From NCBI GenBank assembly GCA_045538895.1, contig JAZQEH010000118.1:583-64582 (forward strand): a DNA stretch of 64,000 bases. The letters are read 5' to 3'. The translations under genes and the position numbers were made by a program. Below are positions 47,191 to 55,621 of the stretch, one piece after another. How positions within the stretch are numbered: the stretch's first letter is position 1; every line of letters begins with the position of its first letter. The stretch is from Eubacteriales bacterium (GTDB lineage Bacteria; Bacillota; Clostridia; Oscillospirales; CAG-272). Below the pieces are notes generated by a model. It saw only the letters and a program-made list of their open reading frames with translations, was not told the DNA's origin and did no database searches.

Positions 47191-48324
47191 TCAATCTTTA
47201 AAATACAAATCAAGAGTTTTTTCGGTTACATCGTCCCAAGAAAACCTGCTGCAAATATAATCTGCGGCCTTTTCTTTATACTCTGACACAATTTCAGGGG
47301 AATTACACAAAAACTCAAGTTTTTCACGCAATGCTAAAACGTTTCCCTTTTCAAAAGAAATACCAAAGTTACGGGTTACATCGGTACATTCCGAAATGTC
47401 CGAAGTCAAACAACAATTACCGTAACTCATAGCCTCGAGCAAGCTCAAAGGCATTCCTTCAAGTTCAGAAGGTAAAACATAAACATAAGCATTGCTGTAT
47501 AATTCTTCCAAGACTTGTCCATCTACAAAATCTGTAAATATAACTCTTTCATCGCCATGTGCTTTTTCCTTTAATTCATCGGCAAAGCTGCCGCTATCAG
47601 AACCGCCACCGGCAACAACGAGTTTTTTATTTATATCGGAATTCAGATAAGCATCAAGCAAAGTTACAAGACCTTTTTCAGGAACAAGTCTGCCTAAAAA
47701 CAAAATGTACTCGTCCTTATGTAGTCCATAGCGGCGAGTAATCATATCGGCAAAACGCGGCTTCGGCCGTGAAACGCCATTAGGTATATATATGGTTTTT
47801 CTGTTATAAGTGCTTAAAAAATAATCTTGAACACCTTTGCTTAAAACAATAATTTCATCGGCAAAACGTGCAGCACACTTTTCGCCAAAACGAATATACC
47901 ATGACGCAAATTTTCCCCATTTTGCACGCATATGATCAAGACCGTGAATGGTTGCAATACATCGTTTACCAAAAAGTTTGGGAAGCCAAAGCATTGCACA
48001 CGGCCCTTCAGCGTGAAAATGAATAACATCGAATTTACCGAATGCCGCAAGAATGGCAGCGGAAAATGAAGCCGTCATTGCAGCCAAGCCACGCTTGTCA
48101 AGCGTGGCTACAGTCTGTAATTTTATACCAAGGTGTTCTTTTTTCTGCAACGAGTCAAATTCCGCTCCGCTCACATGATGACCGCCTCTATTGTAACACG
48201 TAACCTCATGACCTAATGAAACCATTCGAGAGGCAAGTTCGCATACAACAATCTCAACACCGCCCTCGCGTGAAGGAATTCGTTTATGACCAAGCATTGC
48301 AATTTTTAATTTTTGTAAAGACAT
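47191..48324 (-). CDS. Family 4 glycosyltransferase with DUF1972-like N-terminus (WchF/RgpA-like second-sugar transferase guess)
   Basis: The ATG at 48324 follows GGAGGG and overlaps the stop of the priming transferase (TAATG). Sequence KIAMLGHKRIPSREGGVEIVV...PSELEGMPLSLLEAMSYG. Confidence 0.82.
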   Translation of the reverse strand: MSLQKLKIAMLGHKRIPSREGGVEIVVCELASRMVSLGHEVTCYNRGGHHVSGAEFDSLQKKEHLGIKLQTVATLDKRGLAAMTASFSAAILAAFGKFDVIHFHAEGPCAMLWLPKLFGKRCIATIHGLDHMRAKWGKFASWYIRFGEKCAARFADEIIVLSKGVQDYFLSTYNRKTIYIPNGVSRPKPRFADMITRRYGLHKDEYILFLGRLVPEKGLVTLLDAYLNSDINKKLVVAGGGSDSGSFADELKEKAHGDERVIFTDFVDGQVLEELYSNAYVYVLPSELEGMPLSLLEAMSYGNCCLTSDISECTDVTRNFGISFEKGNVLALREKLEFLCNSPEIVSEYKEKAADYICSRFSWDDVTEKTLDLYFKD

Positions 48325-49007
48325 TATTCTCCCTCCAAACCGCAAACTGCTTTTACGGTCTTCAAAAGAATAACAATATCAATTTTAAAACTACGCTCTT
48401 TGATATATTTCAAATCCCAAGCCAGCCACTCATCAAAGGAAAGGTCGTTTCTGTGGGGTTGAATCTGCCAATAACAAGTAATACCGGGGGTTACCTTAAG
48501 GCGATTAAGCTGGTACTCGGTATACTGTTCCACTTCACGCGGTAGTGGAGGTCTTGGTCCTACAAGACTCATATCCCCCTTTAAAACATTCCAAAGCTGT
48601 GGGAGTTCATCGATACTTGACTTTCTGATGAAACGCCCGAATCTGGTAATTCTTGGATCGTTTTTGATCTTGAACGCCGGGCCTTCCATTTCATTCTTTT
48701 CGAGCAAATCATTAAGCATTTTGTCCGCATCCGGAACCATAGAACGGAATTTATAAAACCTGAACGGTTTTCCGTCCTTACCCAATCTTTCCTGAACATA
48801 AATCGGAGAAGCACCGGGGCTGTCAATTACAATAATTATTGCAATTATTACAAGCGGTAACAGCAAAAAAATCAAACCAAGCAAAGAAAAGACAATATCA
48901 AAGCAACGCTTAAAAAACAGATATACAGGCTTGCGTGGAACATTTATGGCTTCACATTCAAGCAAAGCTGTATTAATTCCAACTGCATCCGATTCTTTTT
49001 TAAGCAT
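48324..49007 (-). CDS. Priming polyprenyl-phosphate sugar-phosphate transferase (small monotopic PGT, bacterial sugar transferase family)
   Basis: 227 aa. Sequence KRCFDIVFSLLGLIFLLLPLVIIAIII..., then PFRFYKFRSM, DELPQLWNVLKGDMSLVGPRPPLPRE. Confidence 0.9.
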   Translation of the reverse strand: MLKKESDAVGINTALLECEAINVPRKPVYLFFKRCFDIVFSLLGLIFLLLPLVIIAIIIVIDSPGASPIYVQERLGKDGKPFRFYKFRSMVPDADKMLNDLLEKNEMEGPAFKIKNDPRITRFGRFIRKSSIDELPQLWNVLKGDMSLVGPRPPLPREVEQYTEYQLNRLKVTPGITCYWQIQPHRNDLSFDEWLAWDLKYIKERSFKIDIVILLKTVKAVCGLEGE

Positions 49008-49025
49008 CTTGTTCTTCCTTATATT

Positions 49026-50024
49026 TTAATCTTTGAGTTCGTAAAAAAGTTCTACAACATTTTTCAAAACAGAGTCACTGTCAGGATGGAATTCCATGAA
49101 GCGTTCCCCCTGAACCGACTCACCTTCTAAACGGTAAATACCGTCAAATTTATATCCTGATACTTTGTCATAGTAACTTTGTAGACGTGTAATAGTACAA
49201 TCAGACACCATGTAGTCGGAGATATCCGTAAGAACACGAACAATCAACTCATCATTTGTGGCTGCAACATCGGAAAACTTTTTGTATAATTCCCGAATAT
49301 ATTGGCGTTGACGATCCATTCGTGCAATATTTGTACTGTCATCAAGCATGTAACGAGTACGAACATAATTAAGTGCATGCTCGCCGTAAAGAGTTACCGT
49401 TTCACCTTTGACAAGTGAATCGTCTATGCCGGTAAAATCATCCAAAACTTCGAGTGTAACGCCGTCCACGCTATCATTTATAATCGGAACAGCGTCCAGC
49501 GTAAGCGAAATGTACTTATCAATTTTCACATCGTGCAACAATTTAGAAACTGCATCAGAAGTGTTACGGCAACTTACTTCTCTGCCGTTGCCGTAAGTAT
49601 GTGCAAGTGCGATTTGTTTTTCCGTTTTTCCCACAACTTCGCCGGCAACACCCAGAATGTTAATTTCAGCAATCGTGTCGCGATTGATTTGCAAAGCCGA
49701 AACTGTCTCGTTTTTGTTATCAAATACAAGCAGTAACAAAAAATCAGCTTGACGGTCATTGTTATACGCTTCATCGTCAATTTTTCCTCTGAATTTATCA
49801 AGACCGAGTACGAGAAACGTTTCAATATCTTCTTTTAAAGTATATGTACCGCCGTTATACTCGACAGTTTGATCAAGTGAAACGGGGACTTCGCCGGAAA
49901 AAGAAGTTCTTGTATTTTCCCAGATGCGAATTATAAATAAAGCCGCAGCAAGGAAGAACACAATAGCAAGAGCAATGGCAACATAACGAAGCCAATTTTG
50001 CTTAAAAGCTCTTGTGCTATTCAT
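49026..50024 (-). CDS. LytR-CpsA-Psr (LCP) family glycopolymer ligase
   Basis: 332 aa with RBS GGAGGA. N-terminal TM anchor and LCP core (FLVLGLD...NDRQADFLLLLVFD...ALQINRDT). Confidence 0.87.
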   Translation of the reverse strand: MNSTRAFKQNWLRYVAIALAIVFFLAAALFIIRIWENTRTSFSGEVPVSLDQTVEYNGGTYTLKEDIETFLVLGLDKFRGKIDDEAYNNDRQADFLLLLVFDNKNETVSALQINRDTIAEINILGVAGEVVGKTEKQIALAHTYGNGREVSCRNTSDAVSKLLHDVKIDKYISLTLDAVPIINDSVDGVTLEVLDDFTGIDDSLVKGETVTLYGEHALNYVRTRYMLDDSTNIARMDRQRQYIRELYKKFSDVAATNDELIVRVLTDISDYMVSDCTITRLQSYYDKVSGYKFDGIYRLEGESVQGERFMEFHPDSDSVLKNVVELFYELKD

Positions 50025-50042
50025 AGGAGTATCCTCCGATAT

Positions 50043-50720
50043 TTATTTGCTTTCTTTTTTCTTAAGCTTGAGAACAACAACAACGAGCGCAATAGCGGAA
50101 ACGAGCATGATTACAGCATAGAGAGCGATACTGCCGAAGTCACCGGTTTGCGGAGGATCAATGCTAAGACCGGTTGTATCTACAACAACTGCAAAAGGAG
50201 AAAGTGAATCAACCGAAAAAACAAGGTGATTATTGTTTACAACCTTTGCATTTTCAACAAGTTCCCATTCGCCGTTCTTTAAGTGAAGAAGACCAACGAA
50301 GTTGTGAAGAGAATCTGCCGAAAGAGTAATATCAAAATCGCCATGATCTTCGTGATCGTCGCAATTATAATAGCTGATATCAAACATATCGCTTACTGCG
50401 AGATTTTCACCTGCGATACCGAGAGTAGCAGCAAGTCTGAACAATGCAACGCAAAGGTCAGTGAGATTTGTTGAGTTTCTGATATCGTCATATGCACGTT
50501 CGAGGGCGGTTTTAAGCATGTCGGGCAACTGGTCGCGTTCTGCGTAAGGAACGATTTTGAGCATTGCCACACAGTCTTCATCGGTGTTCTTACCTTCTAC
50601 CAAAGTAGGAGCGGGATTACCGGATGGGCTGGAAACAAATGCACCGGGAGCTGCTAAAACCGAAAGGCTCATTGAAAGAGTCATAACGAGAGCAAGACAT
50701 ACTACTAATACTTTTTTCAT
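50043..50720 (-). CDS. Secreted cell-wall-sorted protein with PPQTG sorting signal (predicted SrtB substrate), function unknown
   Basis: 225 aa. Sec signal MKKVLVVCLALVMTLSMSLSVLA|AP. C-terminus PPQTGD (50139-50156) plus hydrophobic helix FGSIALYAVIMLVSAIALVVVVL plus KLKKKESK. Confidence 0.75.
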   Translation of the reverse strand: MKKVLVVCLALVMTLSMSLSVLAAPGAFVSSPSGNPAPTLVEGKNTDEDCVAMLKIVPYAERDQLPDMLKTALERAYDDIRNSTNLTDLCVALFRLAATLGIAGENLAVSDMFDISYYNCDDHEDHGDFDITLSADSLHNFVGLLHLKNGEWELVENAKVVNNNHLVFSVDSLSPFAVVVDTTGLSIDPPQTGDFGSIALYAVIMLVSAIALVVVVLKLKKKESK

Positions 50721-50765
50721 TTCTTTTTCCCTTTCTCTATATGAAAAAATAAATTGTTAACAAAA

Positions 50766-51515
50766 TTAGTTACTGGAATAGTTTTTATCGTATTTATAAT
50801 ACTTTCTATAGCCATACTTATATCTGCCATAGCGTGAATGACTTTCTTTCTCGCCATTCAGCACACAACCGAGAACCTTGACATTGGAGAGGTTGAGTTG
50901 TCTGAAACATGTTTCCAGCTCTTTCTTTTCCGTATAGTCTTCTCTGATAACCACAATCATGCCCGTAATGCATTTGGAAATTGCCAGAGCATCGGAAACA
51001 AGGTTAACAGGAGGCAGGTCTATAACGATATAGTCAAGATTTTTCGAAAGCGTTTCTAAAGCAAGCTGCATACGCTTGGAACCGAGCAATTCCGAAGGGT
51101 TCGGAGGAAGATTGCCGGCAGGCATTATGTACCAGTTGCTATGATGTTCCGATTTGATGATACAATCATTTTGAACATCAAAATCCATAAGCAGATTTGT
51201 AAGACCGGGAATCTGATTTATACCGAGCTTTTTGGCGATACTCGGAATTCTGAGGTCAGCATCGATAAGCAGAACTCTTTTTCCGCTTTCAGCCAGAACG
51301 TAGGAAAGATTAACCGCAGTTGTACTCTTGCCCTCGCCTCGCATAGCACTTGTCACACCGATTATCGGACACTTCTGATCCTCATGAAGCGTAAAGTTCA
51401 AATTTGTACGCAACAATTTGTACTGTTCTGTCGCCGTGAAGTTCAGGTTCTTATGCAATTTTTTTTCATCAACAGGCACGGTCTTGGCCTGCTTGGTTTC
51501 ATTGGTCTTAGCCAT
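50766..51515 (-). CDS. BY-kinase (CpsD/CapB-type tyrosine autokinase, cytoplasmic subunit)
   Basis: 249 aa. Walker A GVTSAMRGEGKSTT, Walker A' LLIDADLR, Walker B YIVIDLPP, and a C-terminal Tyr cluster SRYGRYKYGYRKYYKYDKNY. Confidence 0.92.
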   Translation of the reverse strand: MAKTNETKQAKTVPVDEKKLHKNLNFTATEQYKLLRTNLNFTLHEDQKCPIIGVTSAMRGEGKSTTAVNLSYVLAESGKRVLLIDADLRIPSIAKKLGINQIPGLTNLLMDFDVQNDCIIKSEHHSNWYIMPAGNLPPNPSELLGSKRMQLALETLSKNLDYIVIDLPPVNLVSDALAISKCITGMIVVIREDYTEKKELETCFRQLNLSNVKVLGCVLNGEKESHSRYGRYKYGYRKYYKYDKNYSSN

Positions 51516-52302
51516 TATTGCTACCCTCCTTCACATCAGTGCCTTTTTTATCAGGACGTTTTTGATAGTAATAACCGTAACGTTGCGAAGGTGTCGAGGC
51601 AAGATCCGGAATCTTTGCCAAAACAGGACAATTATATGTTTTAATAATATATGCTTCATCGTGAATAGTATCATCAAGCATTGCAAACACAACAATGGCA
51701 ATGACGGAAACCAAAATACCCAGAATCAATCCCACCGCTGTATACTTTGTGATGCTTGGTGAAATTTTCTGGAGATTAGGTACGGCTGAATCAACAACCT
51801 CCATCGAACTTCCCTCAATAATTTCCGAAATCTTTTTGGGGAGGATTTCGGCTATTGTATTGGCAAGCTTCTCCGCTTCGTAAGGGTTATCGGCAGTAAC
51901 CGTAACACCCATTACTTCGGTACCGTTAACAGAGGCTGCATCAATCATTTTATAAAGTTGTTCATAATCATAATCCAAACCGGATTTTTCAATAACAGCC
52001 TCAAGCGTAGTGCGGTTCTTAAGCATTACAATATATGTTTTTACAAGACTCTGAGCAGCAGTAATTTCAGAAGAACTTATGCTGAAGCTGGTAGCACCGA
52101 GCGAAAACGAGCTGTTATTAACATATAGCATAATTGAGGACGAATACATAGGAGTAATTGCGAATGCTGCAATCAGAAAACCCATAACAGCAGAAAGCAT
52201 TCCGCAAACTATAACTACCCAAATTCGCTTCCATAAAGTTTTAAAGACGTGAGAAATATCAATCGAATAATACTCACCGGTGTTTTTTTCTTTAGTATCC
52301 AT
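51508..52302 (-). CDS. Wzz/CpsC-type chain-length regulator and BY-kinase transmembrane activator
   Basis: 264 aa. Sequence IDISHVFKTLWKRIWVVIVCGML..., two TM helices flanking an extracellular domain, and a C-terminal cytoplasmic tail. Overlaps the kinase gene by 8 nt. Confidence 0.87.
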   Translation of the reverse strand: MDTKEKNTGEYYSIDISHVFKTLWKRIWVVIVCGMLSAVMGFLIAAFAITPMYSSSIMLYVNNSSFSLGATSFSISSSEITAAQSLVKTYIVMLKNRTTLEAVIEKSGLDYDYEQLYKMIDAASVNGTEVMGVTVTADNPYEAEKLANTIAEILPKKISEIIEGSSMEVVDSAVPNLQKISPSITKYTAVGLILGILVSVIAIVVFAMLDDTIHDEAYIIKTYNCPVLAKIPDLASTPSQRYGYYYQKRPDKKGTDVKEGSNNG

Positions 52303-52379
52303 GTCTACTTCCTTTGAGTTTATTTTTACGCAATAAAACTTTCTATAATATATATAGTTATACTATTATACGCATTAAC

Positions 52380-52408
52380 AGTATAAAACTTTTCGCGTAA
52401 AATGTCAA
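52380..52408 (-). promoter_or_regulatory. Sigma-A promoter of the polysaccharide operon
   Basis: Minus strand: TTGACA (52408-52403), 17 nt, TATACT (52385-52380). About 70-nt leader before the wzz-like ATG at 52302. Confidence 0.55.
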
Positions 52409-52444
52409 TATATTTCTTTGCTTTTAAATGAATTTATTATTTAA

Positions 52445-52477
52445 AAACAAATAACCGCAGAAAAGCTGCGGTTATTT
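52445..52477 (-). terminator. Intrinsic terminator of pflB-pflA
   Basis: On the minus strand, AAATAACCGCAGC-TTTT-CTGCGGTTATTT followed by GTTTTT. The stem overlaps the pflA stop codon. Confidence 0.75.
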
Positions 52478-53179
52478 GTATAATTTTGATTGAATTTCAC
52501 TCAATTTTTCATTGGTTGGTTGCTCAAAATGCTCAAACCTGAAAGGAATGCCAAGATTCTTATACTTTGCACTGCAAATCTTTTTGAATGCGAGTAATTC
52601 GGTTTTATCAATACATGAATACTCCAAAAGCAGATTGTTAATAAAATCAATGTTTCGTGAATTATCATTCAATGTCGGAATTATCACTTGGCGAAGTGTA
52701 ACCGGAATTCCCTTTTTATTCAGCAAGGATAGAAAACGCAACGGAACGTCAATGCCACAACCTACATATTCACGGTACAATGAGTCATCGGAATACTTTA
52801 TATCCAGAAGAACTCTATCCGTTTCATCGAGCAATTCAATTACTTTTTCGTTCAAAACGCTTCCCGATGTATCGAGGCACGTATTAATTTTTTCAGAATG
52901 GCATAGCTTAAAAACCTCTCTGACAAACTCCGCCTGCAAAAGAGGTTCTCCACCAGAAAACGTGATTCCACCGTCATTGCCAAAATACTCTTTATAGCGA
53001 ACGACTTTTTCGAAAATCTCACGAGGAGTATATTCTTTGCCGCCATTCATATCCCATGTTTCGGGATTGTGGCAGCACCCGCATCTCAAATTGCAGCCTT
53101 GCAAAAATACTACAAAGCGAACACCCGGTCCGTCAAGGGTTCCAAGGCTTTGAATAGAATTCACATATCCTTTTATCAT
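52472..53179 (-). CDS. pflA: Pyruvate formate-lyase activating enzyme (radical SAM)
   Basis: 235 aa. Sequence [39 protein letters not shown]. The start overlaps the pflB stop. Confidence 0.95.
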   Translation of the reverse strand: MIKGYVNSIQSLGTLDGPGVRFVVFLQGCNLRCGCCHNPETWDMNGGKEYTPREIFEKVVRYKEYFGNDGGITFSGGEPLLQAEFVREVFKLCHSEKINTCLDTSGSVLNEKVIELLDETDRVLLDIKYSDDSLYREYVGCGIDVPLRFLSLLNKKGIPVTLRQVIIPTLNDNSRNIDFINNLLLEYSCIDKTELLAFKKICSAKYKNLGIPFRFEHFEQPTNEKLSEIQSKLYK

Positions 53180-55407
53180 AATGACTCATGGAAAGTGCGG
53201 CTGATAACCTCACGCTGCTGTTCACGGGAAAGCTTGTTGAAGTTTACCGCATAGCCGGAAACACGAATAGTCAGATTGGGGTATTCCTCGGGATTTTCGT
53301 ATGCCTTCATCAAAGTCTGACGGTTCAGCACGTTGATATTGATATGGTGAGCTTTCTTGGCAAAATAACCGTCAAGAATAGTGACAAGATTGCAAATTCT
53401 GTCATCTTCGCTTCTTCCAAGAGCATCGGGAGTGATTGAAAATGTATTTGAGATACCGTCACGACAATCGTCATAACTGATTTTCGCAACCGAGTTCAAG
53501 GATGCAAGGGCACCGTTTTCCTCACGGTTGTGCATGGGATTAGCACCCGGTGCAAAAGGTGCACTTGCGGCACGGCCATCGGGTGTAGCGGCAGTATTCT
53601 TGCCATACATAACGTTTGAAGTAATTGTAAGCACAGAGAGGGTATGCTCGGCATTTCTGTATGCAGGAGTCTTTCGAAGCTCGGTGATAACTTTGTGCGT
53701 CATATCCTTGGCAATAAGGTCAACACGGTCATCATCATTACCGTATTTAGGAAATTCACCGGTCGTTTCAAATTCAGAAATAAAACCGTTTTCATCCTTT
53801 ATGGGCTTAACGTTTGCAAACTTAATTGCACTAAGCGAATCGGCAACAACCGAGAGACCTGCTATACCGAAAGCCATAAAGCGCCCTACGTCCGTGTCAT
53901 GAAGTGCCATCTGAGTTTTCTCATACGCATATTTGTCATGCATGTAATGGATAACGTTCATTGTATTCACATAGAGCTTAGAAAGCCACTTGATATAAAT
54001 ATCAAAACGTGTCATTACCTCTTCAAAATCAAGCTTTTCGCCATCAAGCACCGGCATTTGAGGTCCAATGTGCATCTTACTGCTGACATCGTATCCACCA
54101 TTGATTGCAATAAGAAGAAGCTTGGCAAGATTGCAACGAGCACCAAAGAATTGCATCTGTTTTCCAACCTTCATAGCGGAAACACAACATGCGATTGCAT
54201 AGTCGTCGCCGTAAATAGGACGCATAAGATCATCGTTTTCATACTGAATGGAATCGGTGTCAACAGATACCTTGGCACAGAACTTTTTAAACCCTTCAGG
54301 AAGTGAATTCGACCAAAGAACGGTAAGGTTCGGTTCGGGGGAAGAACTCAGGGTATAGAGCGTGTTCAGAATACGGAAACTGTTTTTAGTTACAAGAGTT
54401 CTTCCGTCTTCGCCCATGCCACCGACTGCTTCGGTAATCCACATGGGATCTCCACCGAAAAGTTCGTTATATTCAGGTGTACGTAAATGGCGTGCTATAC
54501 GGAGTTTCATAACGAAATCGTCAATGATCTCCTGTGCCGCCTCTTCGGTAAGAATACCGCTCGCAATATCACGTTCAATGTAAATGTCAAAGAACGTACT
54601 AACTCTGCCAAGCGACATTGCGGCACCGTTCTGCTCTTTGATAGCACCAAGGTATGCAAAATATGTCCATTGTACAGCTTCTTTAGCATTAGCAGCAGGT
54701 TCGCTGATATCAAATCCGTACATCGCCGCCATTTCTTTAAGATAACCGAGAAACGCGATCTGCTGATACAGCTCTTCGTCAAGACGAATAGTATCTGTAG
54801 AGAAAACACCCTCAGAAAGCGCTGCTTTATCTTTGGTTTTTTCTTCAATAAGCCTGTTAACACCATAGAGGGCGACTCTACGGTAGTCACCGATAATGCG
54901 ACCTCTTCCGTAAGCATCGGGAAGACCCGTGATTACGTGGCATTTACGTGCGGCACGCATTTCGTCGGTGTATGCACGGAAAACACCGTCATTATGCGTT
55001 GTACGGAATTTGAACTCTTCTTCAACTTTAGGGCTGAGCTTATAACCGTACGCTTCGCATGCCTGACGCACCATACGCATACCGCCAAAGGGATTTACTC
55101 CACGCTTTAACGGGCGGTTGGTCTGCATACCGACAATGATCTCGTTTTCCTTATCAATATAACCGGGAGAATAGCTGGTGAGCGATGAAACGGTAGCAGT
55201 ATCAATATCTAAAACTCCGCCGAATTGGCGTTCGAGAGCAAATAATGCCTCGAGCTTTTTCATCATATTCTGGGTTCTGACAGTTGCACCTGACAAGAAA
55301 TCACTATCGCCTTTATACTCCGTATAATTCTGCTGAATAAAATCACGTACATTGATTTCGTCCTGCCATACACCTTTAGAAAAACCTTTCCAGTTGTTAT
55401 GTTCCAT
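53176..55407 (-). CDS. pflB: Formate C-acetyltransferase (pyruvate formate-lyase)
   Basis: 743 aa. Active-site CC (IACCVSAM) and glycyl-radical motif [11 protein letters not shown] near the C-terminus. RBS AAGGAGG. Confidence 0.97.
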   Translation of the reverse strand: MEHNNWKGFSKGVWQDEINVRDFIQQNYTEYKGDSDFLSGATVRTQNMMKKLEALFALERQFGGVLDIDTATVSSLTSYSPGYIDKENEIIVGMQTNRPLKRGVNPFGGMRMVRQACEAYGYKLSPKVEEEFKFRTTHNDGVFRAYTDEMRAARKCHVITGLPDAYGRGRIIGDYRRVALYGVNRLIEEKTKDKAALSEGVFSTDTIRLDEELYQQIAFLGYLKEMAAMYGFDISEPAANAKEAVQWTYFAYLGAIKEQNGAAMSLGRVSTFFDIYIERDIASGILTEEAAQEIIDDFVMKLRIARHLRTPEYNELFGGDPMWITEAVGGMGEDGRTLVTKNSFRILNTLYTLSSSPEPNLTVLWSNSLPEGFKKFCAKVSVDTDSIQYENDDLMRPIYGDDYAIACCVSAMKVGKQMQFFGARCNLAKLLLIAINGGYDVSSKMHIGPQMPVLDGEKLDFEEVMTRFDIYIKWLSKLYVNTMNVIHYMHDKYAYEKTQMALHDTDVGRFMAFGIAGLSVVADSLSAIKFANVKPIKDENGFISEFETTGEFPKYGNDDDRVDLIAKDMTHKVITELRKTPAYRNAEHTLSVLTITSNVMYGKNTAATPDGRAASAPFAPGANPMHNREENGALASLNSVAKISYDDCRDGISNTFSITPDALGRSEDDRICNLVTILDGYFAKKAHHININVLNRQTLMKAYENPEEYPNLTIRVSGYAVNFNKLSREQQREVISRTFHESL

Positions 55408-55427
55408 AATGCTACCTCCTTATATGC

Positions 55428-55523
55428 AAAAAGGGCAAATCAGCTTTTATACTGATTTGCCCAGACGGTCGGCTATTCTTTTACACTCCCCTGCGGTAAT
55501 CCGCAAAATCCGTCAGTCATGTA
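55428..55523 (-). ncRNA. ZTP (pfl-motif) riboswitch with terminator expression platform in the pflB leader
   Basis: The minus-strand RNA is UACAU-GACUGACG-GAUUUUGCGGAUUACCGCAGGGGAGUGUA-(linker)-GCCGACCGUCUGGGCA. It matches the conserved pfl-motif blocks GACUGGCG, ACC.C.GGGGAG and CCGACCGCCUGGGCA. The GGGCA of the 3' block forms the 5' arm of the terminator GGGCAAAUCAG-UAUAAAAG-CUGAUUUGCCC-UUUUU (55462-55428). Confidence 0.8.
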
Positions 55524-55537
55524 AAAGCTGTACTTAA

Positions 55538-55566
55538 ACTATACACTAAAATCTTGCTTTTGTCAA
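55538..55566 (-). promoter_or_regulatory. Sigma-A promoter of the ZTP riboswitch-pflB-pflA transcript
   Basis: Minus strand: TTGACA (55566-55561), 17 nt, TATAGT (55543-55538). This places the TSS a few nt upstream of riboswitch stem P1. Confidence 0.6.
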
Positions 55567-55621
55567 TCAAAATATAACACTAAATGCAGAAGATTTTTTG
55601 ATACATTTTGTGAAAATATAA

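Noticed and set aside
52303-52379. c-di-GMP riboswitch or JUMPStart/ops element in the polysaccharide-operon leader
   Set aside because: The leader is only about 70 nt and very AT-rich. It has no GGCGGTAG ops sequence and no GEMM-like helices. It does contain two GCGTA(T/A)AA words of unknown meaning.
35152-52408. tRNA-Arg-adjacent genomic island, with the polysaccharide operon integrated at the tRNA
   Set aside because: I found no integrase, recombinase or transposase gene anywhere in the interval. I also could not find a direct repeat of the tRNA 3' end (GTTCGATTCTCGCTGGGGGTGCCA) near 36780-36810 or 52300-52470. Horizontal exchange of the cassette remains plausible, but not through a recognisable integrative element.
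53644-55110. Long plus-strand ORFs (220 aa at 53644-54306 and 207 aa at 54487-55110) inside pflB
   Set aside because: They are antisense to a 743-aa pyruvate formate-lyase with intact catalytic motifs. The translations are Cys/Phe/Ile-rich nonsense without start signals.
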